Positions 29,914-39,664 are shown, counted from the stretch's first letter. The stretch: 64,000 nt of DNA from a virus (IMGVR_UViG_3300033070_001161:1-64000); one strand, 5' to 3'. The notes: generated from the letters alone by a model not told the origin. Numbers and translations are program-made.

Positions 29914-32900
29914 ATGGCTTGTTACGAATATAAAGGTGTAAAATATACCGAAGAAGATTTAGTAAAATTATTACAATCCCAGCAACTAAAAACAAGACGC
30001 ATTTTGGAGCTCCAGTCAGATTTATTTCAGAAAGGTAGGGATGAAAAAAAAGCACTTGCTTGGAATAGATATATTTTAGATAATAAAGGTGATGTTATAG
30101 GAGAAAATCCCAATTTTCAATCAGAACAAGATTTTTTAAATTTACTTAGAAAAGACAATAACTGGGTAACATTCTTTGTTAAATCTATTATACAAGATAG
30201 TGCTAAAAAAGGATATGAAAAAGTGTTATTTCCTTCTGGAAATACAGCTAGTAAAGTAGAAGGTCATACTACTTTAGAAGAATTTAAGAAACAGAAAGAA
30301 AATAGGATTAAAAAACTTGAAAAACAAAGACTGGCTTTAGAAGATGAAGCAGAAAACAATACCGCTGTAGATTCTGATGGTGGTGAATATGATTATACAG
30401 AGGAATTTGAGAATATTGACACCGAGATTTATCAACTTAAACAAGAACTTAAAAGAATAGAAGAGGAGGGCTTTGGTGCATTATTACCTATTTTCAAATT
30501 TTATGAAGAAACAGTAACCAATGTACTCAAAAAACAAGGATACAATCCTACTCAAATCACTGATGAATATGGTAATACATGGAATGAAGTAGAAATAAAT
30601 GAACTTGCAAATAACACTATATTATTTCAAAAACAGGGAATAAAACAATCTAAAGCATCTGCAAAAACGATAGCTAAGGTAAAAGAATTCCTTAAAAGAA
30701 TAGGCGTAGACATACAAGCCCTCGATACAGAACGATATGGAGGTATTAATGGTGTTGCCAATTTCTTAGAAGGATTCATACAACTTGCAGAGGGTAAAGA
30801 AGATGTTGCTATCACTGAAGAAGCAATGCACTTTCTTGTAGAAATATTAGAACTTACCAATCCTACATTATTCAAACAAATGATGAATAAGATAGGTAAG
30901 TATAACGTATTCTCAAAAGTAATGAAATTATATTCACAAGACTCTGAATATCAAACAGATGGAAAACCTGATATTCTTAAGCTTAAAAAAGAAGCTATAG
31001 GTAAACTCCTTGCTGAATATTATATACAGTCTGAAGATGGTCAATCTGAAGCTCCTGATTTGATGATTCAAACAAAATCATGGTGGGAGCAGATCATTGA
31101 CGCTATTAAGAAATTCCTGAAAATTGCAGATTTTAATCCTTTCCAAGAAGCATTAGATAGTTTTAATGACTTAAATAACACAAATTCACCTACAAAAATA
31201 TTAGCTAAAAGGATATTAGATAGTTTGTCAGATGACAATATGTTTAAAAAAGCCATTAAAGATACATACGATAATGGTGATTATAAAGCTGTAGTAACAA
31301 CCTTCTATCAACAACTTACAGATAAGTCAGTATTTGGTATGAGTCCTTATGAATCCACTGTAAAAATGCTTGGTGGAAATGAAGAATTGGCTAAAGATAT
31401 TATATCTTTAGGTAATCCTTTTTATCAATTATCTGAAGAAAAAAGAAAAAAACAGCAAGAAATTGCAAATTCTTTCGATCAAAAACTTAAAGATTTTGAG
31501 ATAAGGAAAGTGACAGGTAAAGCTGAATTTGAAGAGCAAGATGATATAAACTACTATGAGCGTAAAAGAGATGGTAAGATAGGTAAGGTGGCAAAGCGTG
31601 TAACGGATTTTGTTAAAGAAACAAAACGTCCCGATGTTCTTGCAAAATTTGAAAATGCTTCAGCCAAAGAAAAGAATACATATAAACAAAAAGCAGAATA
31701 TGGTACAGCATTTCACAATGATGCTGAATCAATTATAAAAGCATCCCTCACTTCTGATGGATATTTAAAACCTATTGATCAGATTAATGTAGATGCTATC
31801 ACTCCAAATCTTCCTCAAGCTGGATTTTTGGCATTAAAGAACTATCTAGTTGGTGAAATAGACAATGAGGGTAATATCATTCCGGGTATATTATATACAC
31901 AATTTCCAACAGGAACTCTCTTCAAAGTCGAGCAAATTATCTACGATGAAAAAAGAGACGTTGCTGGAACAATTGATCTTATGGGTATCACTCCCGAAGG
32001 TAAGATAATGATATATGATTGGAAAACCAAATTCCTTGATACAAAGAAATTTGACGATGTTCCTTTCTATTCTCAGGCGGATTATAGAATACAGCTTGCT
32101 CAGTATAAAGCAATGATGTATAGATATGGATTAAAACCTAAAGAGGACGTTATTGTAGCTCAGGCAATTCCTATCGTATATAAAGGTAAGATAGACTCTT
32201 TAAATGGGGATGTCACCCTTACAGATATAATATTTCCAGAAATAGATATAAAACAAGAAACTAGACGTTACCTTCTTCCTGTACCTATTGCTGAACAATC
32301 TTCAGGAAATACAAAAGTAGACCAATATATTGATGCACTTAACCAATTATATCAGGTTTTGTACAAACAAAAAGATGTAAATAAAGAGCTTAAAAATGAG
32401 CAATTAAATGCAATTTCTGGTGCAATTCGTGAATTACAGGTGAAACAAGAATTTGGTCCTCTTGCAGAACAAGGACTTATTTTCTTAAAAAGTGCAGAAC
32501 GTGTTATAGAAGATATAAACACTCAACTGAAAAATGAAGATGGTACTTATAAGGAAATTGATCCTAAACAAGTAGATGAGTATTCAAAAAAACTGAAACT
32601 TATAAACGACAATATCCACAAATATCAGTCTACTTATCAGTTATTCGATGAATTATATGGCGATAAAAATCTTACAGAATATCAGCAGGAAACCTATAAT
32701 AAATTAGAAAGATTATCATTGGATAGTGGTAAGATTGCATCTAAAATTAATACGGAATATATAAATTTTGTTAAGCAATATTATACGTCAAAAGAAGGAC
32801 TTGATATATTAAAGACAGAAAAACCAATTCAAGGTTTACTGGATAGGTCTATTCAAAGCTTATCTCGAATGCAAAATGTTGCTCTCCAATATCTTAGGAG

Positions 32901-35484
32901 TGTTACAGCTAGAGCAAACTTTCAAAAGCAAAGAGATGCAATAAAAAGACAGGAAGAACTTAGAAAATTACTAGATGCTTTCAAAAAAACAGCTCAGGCT
33001 AGAGGATTATCTCCTACAAAATATTTTACACTCCTTGTCAGTAAGAACAAGAAAGGTGATCCTATGAACCAACTTATTAAAAAAATTAAGACTGAGTTCT
33101 ATACAGAATTTGAAAAAGCAACAAAAGACGAACCTGATATAAACTGGATAAAACAAAATATAGACCTTGATAAGTATATTGAGGATAAAGAAAAAGTTAT
33201 TCAGAAAATGTTTGATCAGATTGATGCTAGTATATATAGTTCTAATTCTAAAGAGGACGCTAAACGCAAAGAGGAAAAGAAAGAAGATATTATCAAAATG
33301 TATTCTTTCGACACTCCAAATGCGTTAGGGTGGTATAGGCAAGACCTCAAATATTATATAAAGGATGAGAGTAAATGGGAAACAGATGAATATAAACAAA
33401 TGTCTAAGGATAAATCTATTTTAGACTTATACGATTTTATCATAAAGCTCAATAAGGAAGCTAAAGATATGGGATATCATGATGACAAAACATCGTTGAG
33501 ATTTCTCCCTTGGATGAGAGCCTCTATGCTCGACAGAATACGTACTTCTGGACTGTCAGCAATAGGCGATAGCATGGAATATCTATATAAACTTACTCCT
33601 GAAGAAGAAATCAGCTATTCTAAGGTTGATCCTAACACTGGAACAATTGAGAAATCTATTCCTGCATTTTTTACAAAAAACTTTGCTCCTGAAATAAGAG
33701 ATGCTGATGGAAACATAGAAGGATATGATTTATCAGATGTATCTACAGATTTAGGAGAAACCCTACCTATGTATATAGAAGCTTTATATGAATTTAAATC
33801 TTTATCAGATATTGAACAATCTGTAAAAGCTGTACGTGACGTAGAAGCCGCTAAAAAAGCGTTCCTTTTAGATGAAAAGGGTAGAATTGTTAAGGAAAAA
33901 GGAACAAATATAAACAAATTAGCTAATGATAATGAGGCAAATGTAAAACTCTATGATAGTTTTGTAGAGGCTATTTTATATAAAAGAACATATGATAGTA
34001 CAGCAAATCTGTCTACAGGGGCTACAAAAACCATCGAAAAAATGAACCAATACTTCAGATTGAAGGTGTTTGGTTTAAACATATTTACTCCAATCACCAC
34101 ATTTATTGGTGGTAATTTACAAGCTCTTATAAATTCAAGAAAGCTTTGGAGAGGACAGCAATTTTTAAAAAATGAAATGAAAATTGTCGGTAATCTGTTT
34201 AAAGGGGAAGAAGGTAATATAGAAAAAGGACTTATTGATTACTTTATACCTTTTACTGAAAATAGGGCAAAACTGAATGCGGAAAGAATGTCTTTTGAGA
34301 AAATTCAAAGATTTTCATTTTCTGATTTCATCATGGCTCCTATTAGAAAGACGGATATAATGGTACAAATGGCTACATCTCTTACAATGCTTGAAAATAC
34401 AGTGTTGATTGATGGTGAATTAGTAAATGCTCGTGAATATATCCTTAACAGTAAAGAATATAGAGATCGCTATAAAGACTCATCTCAGTTAAAATCTTTA
34501 GAAAAAGACTTTGAAAAGAAAGTTAAAGAACTCGTTGATTCTAAAGGAGTTATGAAGTTTGCTAAGTTTAATAAGGACGGTCTTCTTGAAATAGAAGGAG
34601 TGTCAAGAGATTCTGATACTGTTAATAGATTGAGGCTCAGGATGTTAGATGAAATTAAAAATCTTACAGGTAACTTAACAGAAGAAGACAAACGAGATGC
34701 AGATAGAAACATTCTCCTCAAATCAATGATGATGTTTAAAAACTGGATTCCTAGACTTGCTGCTGTAAGATTTGGAGATTTACAGAAAAATATTGATGCT
34801 AACCAATATGAAATGGGTAGGGTGAGAATGGTATATCAAGTGATCAAAAATGGAGACGGGGGGTGGATAAAAGGACTTACTAATGGTATACGTGATCTTA
34901 GAAATATGGTGGCAGGTAATGAGGAAGGTCTTAAAGTCCTTGCAAAATACTATGAACGTACTGCTGAAAGTTATAAAAATAAGACAGGAAATGATCTAGA
35001 AATGACTCCCGAAGAATTCTATGATATGACTCGTAGGGCTATAGAACAAACAGCAAAAGATGCTGCTCTTTTAGCTACATTTATGACTATGTTTATTTAT
35101 GCAAAATCAACACCACCCGATGATGATGATAGTGATGAAAATAAGAATTTTTATAAAATTTCTGTAAGAATGCTGGATAAACTGACAGATGAGATTTCAT
35201 TCTATTATAATCCTCTTTCATTACAACAGATTTCTACAGGTTCTTGGATGCCGTCTATAGGTATATTAACAGACGGTATTAAGTTTTCAGGAAGTCTTAT
35301 AAAAGAGGTGGGTGGACGTACATTTGGTGTAGAAAAATGGGAAGAAACTGCACATCCCACTAAGAATTTTTTAAATATGATCCCTATAGCTAATCAGTTT
35401 TTTAAGACATTTATACCAGTTATTAACCCTGATATAGCTAAAGATTTGGATATACGAGTATCTACAGAATCTCGTAGAAACTAA
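29914..35484 (+). CDS. Large RNAP-cluster cargo protein (C-terminal part of the split gene) with zincin-like and PD-(D/E)xK nuclease domains
   Basis: 1856 aa; MACYEYKG head then KTRRILELQSD; EEAMH at 30817; GTAFH...E...AGTIDL...IYDWKT...QLAQY at about 31700-32120. Confidence 0.75.
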   Translation: MACYEYKGVKYTEEDLVKLLQSQQLKTRRILELQSDLFQKGRDEKKALAWNRYILDNKGDVIGENPNFQSEQDFLNLLRKDNNWVTFFVKSIIQDSAKKGYEKVLFPSGNTASKVEGHTTLEEFKKQKENRIKKLEKQRLALEDEAENNTAVDSDGGEYDYTEEFENIDTEIYQLKQELKRIEEEGFGALLPIFKFYEETVTNVLKKQGYNPTQITDEYGNTWNEVEINELANNTILFQKQGIKQSKASAKTIAKVKEFLKRIGVDIQALDTERYGGINGVANFLEGFIQLAEGKEDVAITEEAMHFLVEILELTNPTLFKQMMNKIGKYNVFSKVMKLYSQDSEYQTDGKPDILKLKKEAIGKLLAEYYIQSEDGQSEAPDLMIQTKSWWEQIIDAIKKFLKIADFNPFQEALDSFNDLNNTNSPTKILAKRILDSLSDDNMFKKAIKDTYDNGDYKAVVTTFYQQLTDKSVFGMSPYESTVKMLGGNEELAKDIISLGNPFYQLSEEKRKKQQEIANSFDQKLKDFEIRKVTGKAEFEEQDDINYYERKRDGKIGKVAKRVTDFVKETKRPDVLAKFENASAKEKNTYKQKAEYGTAFHNDAESIIKASLTSDGYLKPIDQINVDAITPNLPQAGFLALKNYLVGEIDNEGNIIPGILYTQFPTGTLFKVEQIIYDEKRDVAGTIDLMGITPEGKIMIYDWKTKFLDTKKFDDVPFYSQADYRIQLAQYKAMMYRYGLKPKEDVIVAQAIPIVYKGKIDSLNGDVTLTDIIFPEIDIKQETRRYLLPVPIAEQSSGNTKVDQYIDALNQLYQVLYKQKDVNKELKNEQLNAISGAIRELQVKQEFGPLAEQGLIFLKSAERVIEDINTQLKNEDGTYKEIDPKQVDEYSKKLKLINDNIHKYQSTYQLFDELYGDKNLTEYQQETYNKLERLSLDSGKIASKINTEYINFVKQYYTSKEGLDILKTEKPIQGLLDRSIQSLSRMQNVALQYLRSVTARANFQKQRDAIKRQEELRKLLDAFKKTAQARGLSPTKYFTLLVSKNKKGDPMNQLIKKIKTEFYTEFEKATKDEPDINWIKQNIDLDKYIEDKEKVIQKMFDQIDASIYSSNSKEDAKRKEEKKEDIIKMYSFDTPNALGWYRQDLKYYIKDESKWETDEYKQMSKDKSILDLYDFIIKLNKEAKDMGYHDDKTSLRFLPWMRASMLDRIRTSGLSAIGDSMEYLYKLTPEEEISYSKVDPNTGTIEKSIPAFFTKNFAPEIRDADGNIEGYDLSDVSTDLGETLPMYIEALYEFKSLSDIEQSVKAVRDVEAAKKAFLLDEKGRIVKEKGTNINKLANDNEANVKLYDSFVEAILYKRTYDSTANLSTGATKTIEKMNQYFRLKVFGLNIFTPITTFIGGNLQALINSRKLWRGQQFLKNEMKIVGNLFKGEEGNIEKGLIDYFIPFTENRAKLNAERMSFEKIQRFSFSDFIMAPIRKTDIMVQMATSLTMLENTVLIDGELVNAREYILNSKEYRDRYKDSSQLKSLEKDFEKKVKELVDSKGVMKFAKFNKDGLLEIEGVSRDSDTVNRLRLRMLDEIKNLTGNLTEEDKRDADRNILLKSMMMFKNWIPRLAAVRFGDLQKNIDANQYEMGRVRMVYQVIKNGDGGWIKGLTNGIRDLRNMVAGNEEGLKVLAKYYERTAESYKNKTGNDLEMTPEEFYDMTRRAIEQTAKDAALLATFMTMFIYAKSTPPDDDDSDENKNFYKISVRMLDKLTDEISFYYNPLSLQQISTGSWMPSIGILTDGIKFSGSLIKEVGGRTFGVEKWEETAHPTKNFLNMIPIANQFFKTFIPVINPDIAKDLDIRVSTESRRN

Positions 35485-35538
35485 CCTACAATAGCTTTAA
35501 AATCAATATGTTGTCTTTACTTTTACATAATTTAAATC

Positions 35539-35547
35539 TATATTTGC
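35539..35547 (+). promoter_or_regulatory. -7 promoter box, probably giving a leaderless transcript
   Basis: TATATTTGC ending 3 nt before the ATG at 35551; no clear -33 box at 20-nt spacing. Confidence 0.5.
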
Positions 35548-35550
35548 AGA

Positions 35551-36219
35551 ATGGTAAATAAAATTATTTACAAAACAGGACAAAAATTAGGCAATTTAGA
35601 ATATATCTCTGAAGTAGATGCTCATGTTCGTCCCAACGGAGGAACTAGAAGAAAAGCCATATTTAGATGCAATTGTGGGAAAGAATTTATATGTTTAATT
35701 GAAAGTATTAAGTATGGAAATACTACATCTTGCGGATGTTTAGTAAATCGAAAAGGCGGTAAAACCACACATGGACATACAACTAAGGTAAATAATCTAA
35801 GAACTACAGAATTTATTATATGGCAGGGTATGATTGCAAGATGTGGTGGTTATAAAACAGGTAGAAAGTATAAACGTTATGCTGCTAGGGGAATAAATGT
35901 ATGTGAGAAGTGGTTAAATTCTTTTGATGATTTTTTAAAGGATATGGGGTTTAGACCTAGTAAAAATCATAGCTTAGATAGGATAGATAATAATGGAAAT
36001 TATTGTCCAGAGAACTGTAGATGGGCAACAATAAAAGAACAAAATAGGAATAAATCTACTAACAGATTAGTTACTTTTAATGGTAAAACTCAATGTATTT
36101 CGGATTGGGCAGAAGAAATAGGTATAAATAGAGCTACATTATATGATAGAATTGAAAATTGGCCAATAGAAAAGGCATTGACAACTCCATTAATGAGAAA
36201 AAATAAAAATATCGCATGA
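35551..36219 (+). mobile_element. Free-standing HNH-type homing endonuclease
   Basis: CNCG...TTSCGC zinc motif, YAARGINVCEKW, SLDRIDNNGNYCPENCRWAT..EQNRN, C-terminal HTH. Confidence 0.85.
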
Positions 36220-39041
36220 CTTGTAATACTATGCCAAATATAAATAATCCATGTCCCATATACGTAAAAGCCAAATGTGTAGTTTATACAGGTGTAAACC
36301 TAGACTGCATAGAAGCTACTACTAACGAACGTTTGGATTCGATTTTATCAAAGATTAATGATAAATTATGCGCTGTAGGCACTGGTGTTTATTTAACACC
36401 GGGAACAAATATATCTATTACAGGAACTGGTACTGAATTTAACCCATATGTAATAAATTCAACATTTAGTGGGTGGAGTATTAATGGTAATAGTGATACT
36501 ACATCTGCTAATTTCTTAGGAACTACTACTTTACAACCACTTGTATTTAAAGTAAATAATACACATGCCGGATTTATTTCTGCAAGAACAGGAAATCCTG
36601 CTGCTGTATCTGGAAGTGTTATTCTTGGGCAATTTGCAGGTAGAGATTTAGGATTAAATAATGGTGCAAATACTATCATAGGACATGGAGCAGGTACTTT
36701 TCTAAAATACGATCCTTCAAAAGGGAACCAAAATACATTCATTGGAATGTGGGCAGGCCATGCTACTAAATATCATAGTGATCCATTTGGAGGACGTAAT
36801 GTATTTGTTGGTCAATCTGCTGCATTTAGAAACTACAATGGTTCTTCATTAACTTATGTGGGAACTTTTGCCGGAGAGTTAAATAACCAAGGTAATAGCA
36901 ATACAGGATTAGGTAGGGACGCACTTCGTTCAAATATTGATGGTAGTTTTAATATTGCAGTGGGAGGATTGGCTTCTTTGTATAACACTACAGGTATTAA
37001 AACTATTGCAATCACAAATGGGGGAAGTGGGTATACATTTGCAAATGTAACTATTTCTGCTCCTCCTGCAATAAGCCCCGGTGTATATCAGGTGACAGCA
37101 ACTGCTACAGCTACTGTTTCTGGTGGACAAGTAATAGGTATAACAATAACTAACGCCGGAGGTGGTTATTCTCTCCTTACAGGAGAAGGTGATTTTCATA
37201 CAGGTATTACAGTAACTATTACAGGAGATGGTACAGGAGCAACCGCATCTGTCACTGAAACTAAATCAGGAATAGGTAATACTACTTTAGGATTTGCTGC
37301 CGGAATGAATAATAATTACGGCAGTTATAATGTAAACATTGGTTATCTTACAGGAAATAGAACAGAAGATAGTTATACAACATTAGTAGGAACATCAGCA
37401 GGAATAGGATCAGGCGCACCGACCACTATAACAGGAGCAATAGCAATTGGATATAATTCTAAAGTTTCCGCTGATTATACTATGGCTCTTGGAGGAACAG
37501 GTTCTTATGCTGTTAATGTAGGTATTAATACGGAAACAGCAAGAAAGAAATTGGATGTGGTGGGTGGAGATATTCTTGTACACGAGCATACAATAGGTAG
37601 AGGAGCAGGTTCAATCGCTACAAATACTGTATTTGGTACAAATGCATTAACAGTTAATACAACATCTTCACCAAATAATGTTGTGATAGGATATGAAGCC
37701 TCTAATACAGGTAATGTATCATACGGATTTAATACAATTTTAGGATATAGAGCAAATTATAGCGGTAGCTATAGTGGAGCTGCCAATACTATTATTGGTG
37801 CTGAAGCAGCTTATCTGAACCATGCTCAACAAGCAGTTGCTATAGGTTTTAGAGCAATGTATACTCAAGGTAGTAATGGATCAATAGCTGTAGGTGCTTA
37901 TTCTCTTTATAATAATGTACACAATGGATCATCTGCAAGACAATGGAATACTGCTGTTGGTGAATATACACTTTATAATCTTGGTGGATTAGGTATTCCT
38001 CAAGTAAATACTGCAATAGGAGGATATGCAGGATATGGAATAACAGCAGGTTCTTATAATGTTGCAATTGGTTCATTATCAATGGGTAAAGGATGGAGTG
38101 GTGTAGGAACAGCAGGTTCTTCAGGTAATCATAACGTAGCTTTAGGACATGCTGCCCTATATTATATAAATGATTCTACAGGTAATATTGGACTTGGACA
38201 TAATGCATTTTTTAATAGTGCATTTGCTCCTACTATAGGATATAATATAGCAATAGGATATAATGCTGGTATTGATATCACCACAGGTAACTATAATGTA
38301 CTATTAGGAGGATATTCTGGTGTTGACTACGCTACATTATCAAACTATATCGTGTTTTCTGATGGTGAAGGAAACCAAAGATTTAATGTAAATAGCTCTG
38401 GTAAAATGAGAATTTTCTCATATGGAGCAGGAACTCATACAGGAACAGCTACTTATAACTTATCTGTAGATACTAATGGTAATGTTATTGAAACAGCTAT
38501 ATCAGGAGGATCATATACATTTGAAAATGGGTTAACAGAATCATTAGGAAATGTTCATCTTGGAGGCGTTCTTATAGAGAATACAACTATAGACGGTTCT
38601 GAGAATATATATGATATGATATTTGCAAATGTTGATTCATTTGCAATACAAGATACTACTTCTTTTGATATAAATACTTTAGCTAGTGCTACAAACGGTA
38701 TGTCAATAAGAGGTAAAATTGCTATAAAAGGAGCAATGTCACCTGCTCAAATAACTTCAGATCAGAATAATTATTCCCCTACAGATTTAAATTTACATTC
38801 AGTACTTCGCATTTCTTCAGATGCATCAAGAACAATTACAGGATTGGATATAGGTTATGAAGGTAGAATTATTTACATTTTTAATGTAGGTACAAATAAT
38901 ATTATACTTTCTAACGAAAATGCTTCGTCTACCGCAGCAAATAGATTCAAAATAGGATCAGATATAACAATTGGTGCAGATAGAGGAGTACAATTATGGT
39001 ATGATACTACATCTAGTAGATGGAGAGCTGTAAGTATTTAA
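36216..39041 (+). CDS. Tail fibre/spike with YadA-head-like repeats
   Basis: Many N(T/V)(A/F)IG..A repeats, Gly/Asn/Thr-rich, GGSGYT insert, C-terminal beta domain ending WYDTTSSRWRAV. Confidence 0.75.
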   Translation: MTCNTMPNINNPCPIYVKAKCVVYTGVNLDCIEATTNERLDSILSKINDKLCAVGTGVYLTPGTNISITGTGTEFNPYVINSTFSGWSINGNSDTTSANFLGTTTLQPLVFKVNNTHAGFISARTGNPAAVSGSVILGQFAGRDLGLNNGANTIIGHGAGTFLKYDPSKGNQNTFIGMWAGHATKYHSDPFGGRNVFVGQSAAFRNYNGSSLTYVGTFAGELNNQGNSNTGLGRDALRSNIDGSFNIAVGGLASLYNTTGIKTIAITNGGSGYTFANVTISAPPAISPGVYQVTATATATVSGGQVIGITITNAGGGYSLLTGEGDFHTGITVTITGDGTGATASVTETKSGIGNTTLGFAAGMNNNYGSYNVNIGYLTGNRTEDSYTTLVGTSAGIGSGAPTTITGAIAIGYNSKVSADYTMALGGTGSYAVNVGINTETARKKLDVVGGDILVHEHTIGRGAGSIATNTVFGTNALTVNTTSSPNNVVIGYEASNTGNVSYGFNTILGYRANYSGSYSGAANTIIGAEAAYLNHAQQAVAIGFRAMYTQGSNGSIAVGAYSLYNNVHNGSSARQWNTAVGEYTLYNLGGLGIPQVNTAIGGYAGYGITAGSYNVAIGSLSMGKGWSGVGTAGSSGNHNVALGHAALYYINDSTGNIGLGHNAFFNSAFAPTIGYNIAIGYNAGIDITTGNYNVLLGGYSGVDYATLSNYIVFSDGEGNQRFNVNSSGKMRIFSYGAGTHTGTATYNLSVDTNGNVIETAISGGSYTFENGLTESLGNVHLGGVLIENTTIDGSENIYDMIFANVDSFAIQDTTSFDINTLASATNGMSIRGKIAIKGAMSPAQITSDQNNYSPTDLNLHSVLRISSDASRTITGLDIGYEGRIIYIFNVGTNNIILSNENASSTAANRFKIGSDITIGADRGVQLWYDTTSSRWRAVSI

Positions 39042-39061
39042 AAAAACAATTAAGATTTTAT

Positions 39062-39601
39062 ATGAATTGGGTTGAACTTTTTGGAGAAATTGTCAAGTTT
39101 TTTAATAATTTATTTCATCTTCCGTCTCGTCAAATAAAAAGAATTGTATTTATATATGATACAATGCATAGGATTCTTGATGACACGGAAGTACAACAAG
39201 TGTTAGTATTTAAAGTGCATAATGGGGGTGGGCTTATAAAGCCTAATTCACCTATATTTGTATCAGTACTTTATGAAGATTATACAACACCTATAAGAAG
39301 TGTAAAGGATAGTTATCAACGCTTAGAAGTAGATAGAGAATATTTGAAAATGTTATCTGAATTGTATGAAAAAAAACATATAAAAATACGTACAAATAAG
39401 TTAATACCTAAATCATTACAGCATAGTTTGAATGTTTTAGAAGGAATTCAGTATATGGAGTTCTTCTTTTTAGGTCAGGATAGAAGGAATGTATATTTCT
39501 GCGTATGTTCTTCTGTATGGGAAAATGGATGGAGTGACAAAATAGATCAGGATGCTTTTGTAAAATTATCAATAAATTCTATAAAGAATAATATAAGATA
39601 A
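39062..39601 (+). CDS. Holin-like/GAF-fold protein (HNG motif family)
   Basis: VLVFKVHNGG...SVLYE pattern recalled from Bacteroidota phage holin-annotated proteins; start at ATG 39062 preferred over 39020. Confidence 0.35.
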   Translation: MNWVELFGEIVKFFNNLFHLPSRQIKRIVFIYDTMHRILDDTEVQQVLVFKVHNGGGLIKPNSPIFVSVLYEDYTTPIRSVKDSYQRLEVDREYLKMLSELYEKKHIKIRTNKLIPKSLQHSLNVLEGIQYMEFFFLGQDRRNVYFCVCSSVWENGWSDKIDQDAFVKLSINSIKNNIR

Positions 39602-39655
39602 GCTATAATAGCATTATTATTAACCGAATTAACTGGTTTTACCAAATAATCTTTA

Positions 39656-39664
39656 TATTTTTGC
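39656..39664 (+). promoter_or_regulatory. -7 promoter box
   Basis: TATTTTTGC, 14 nt upstream of the ATG at 39679; weak -33. Confidence 0.45.

Noticed and set aside
29341-29990. Group I intron carrying the GIY-YIG gene
   Set aside because: Too little non-coding sequence for a catalytic core. GAAGATTTAGT resembles the S element but has no matching P7 partner. Both flanks have proper stop/start signals and paired Cys termini. RT-PCR would settle it
15630-35484. Inteins in the giant proteins
   Set aside because: No internal Cys and no Hint-type N-terminal block or LAGLIDADG segment was recognised; a Ser-initiated intein cannot be fully excluded by eye
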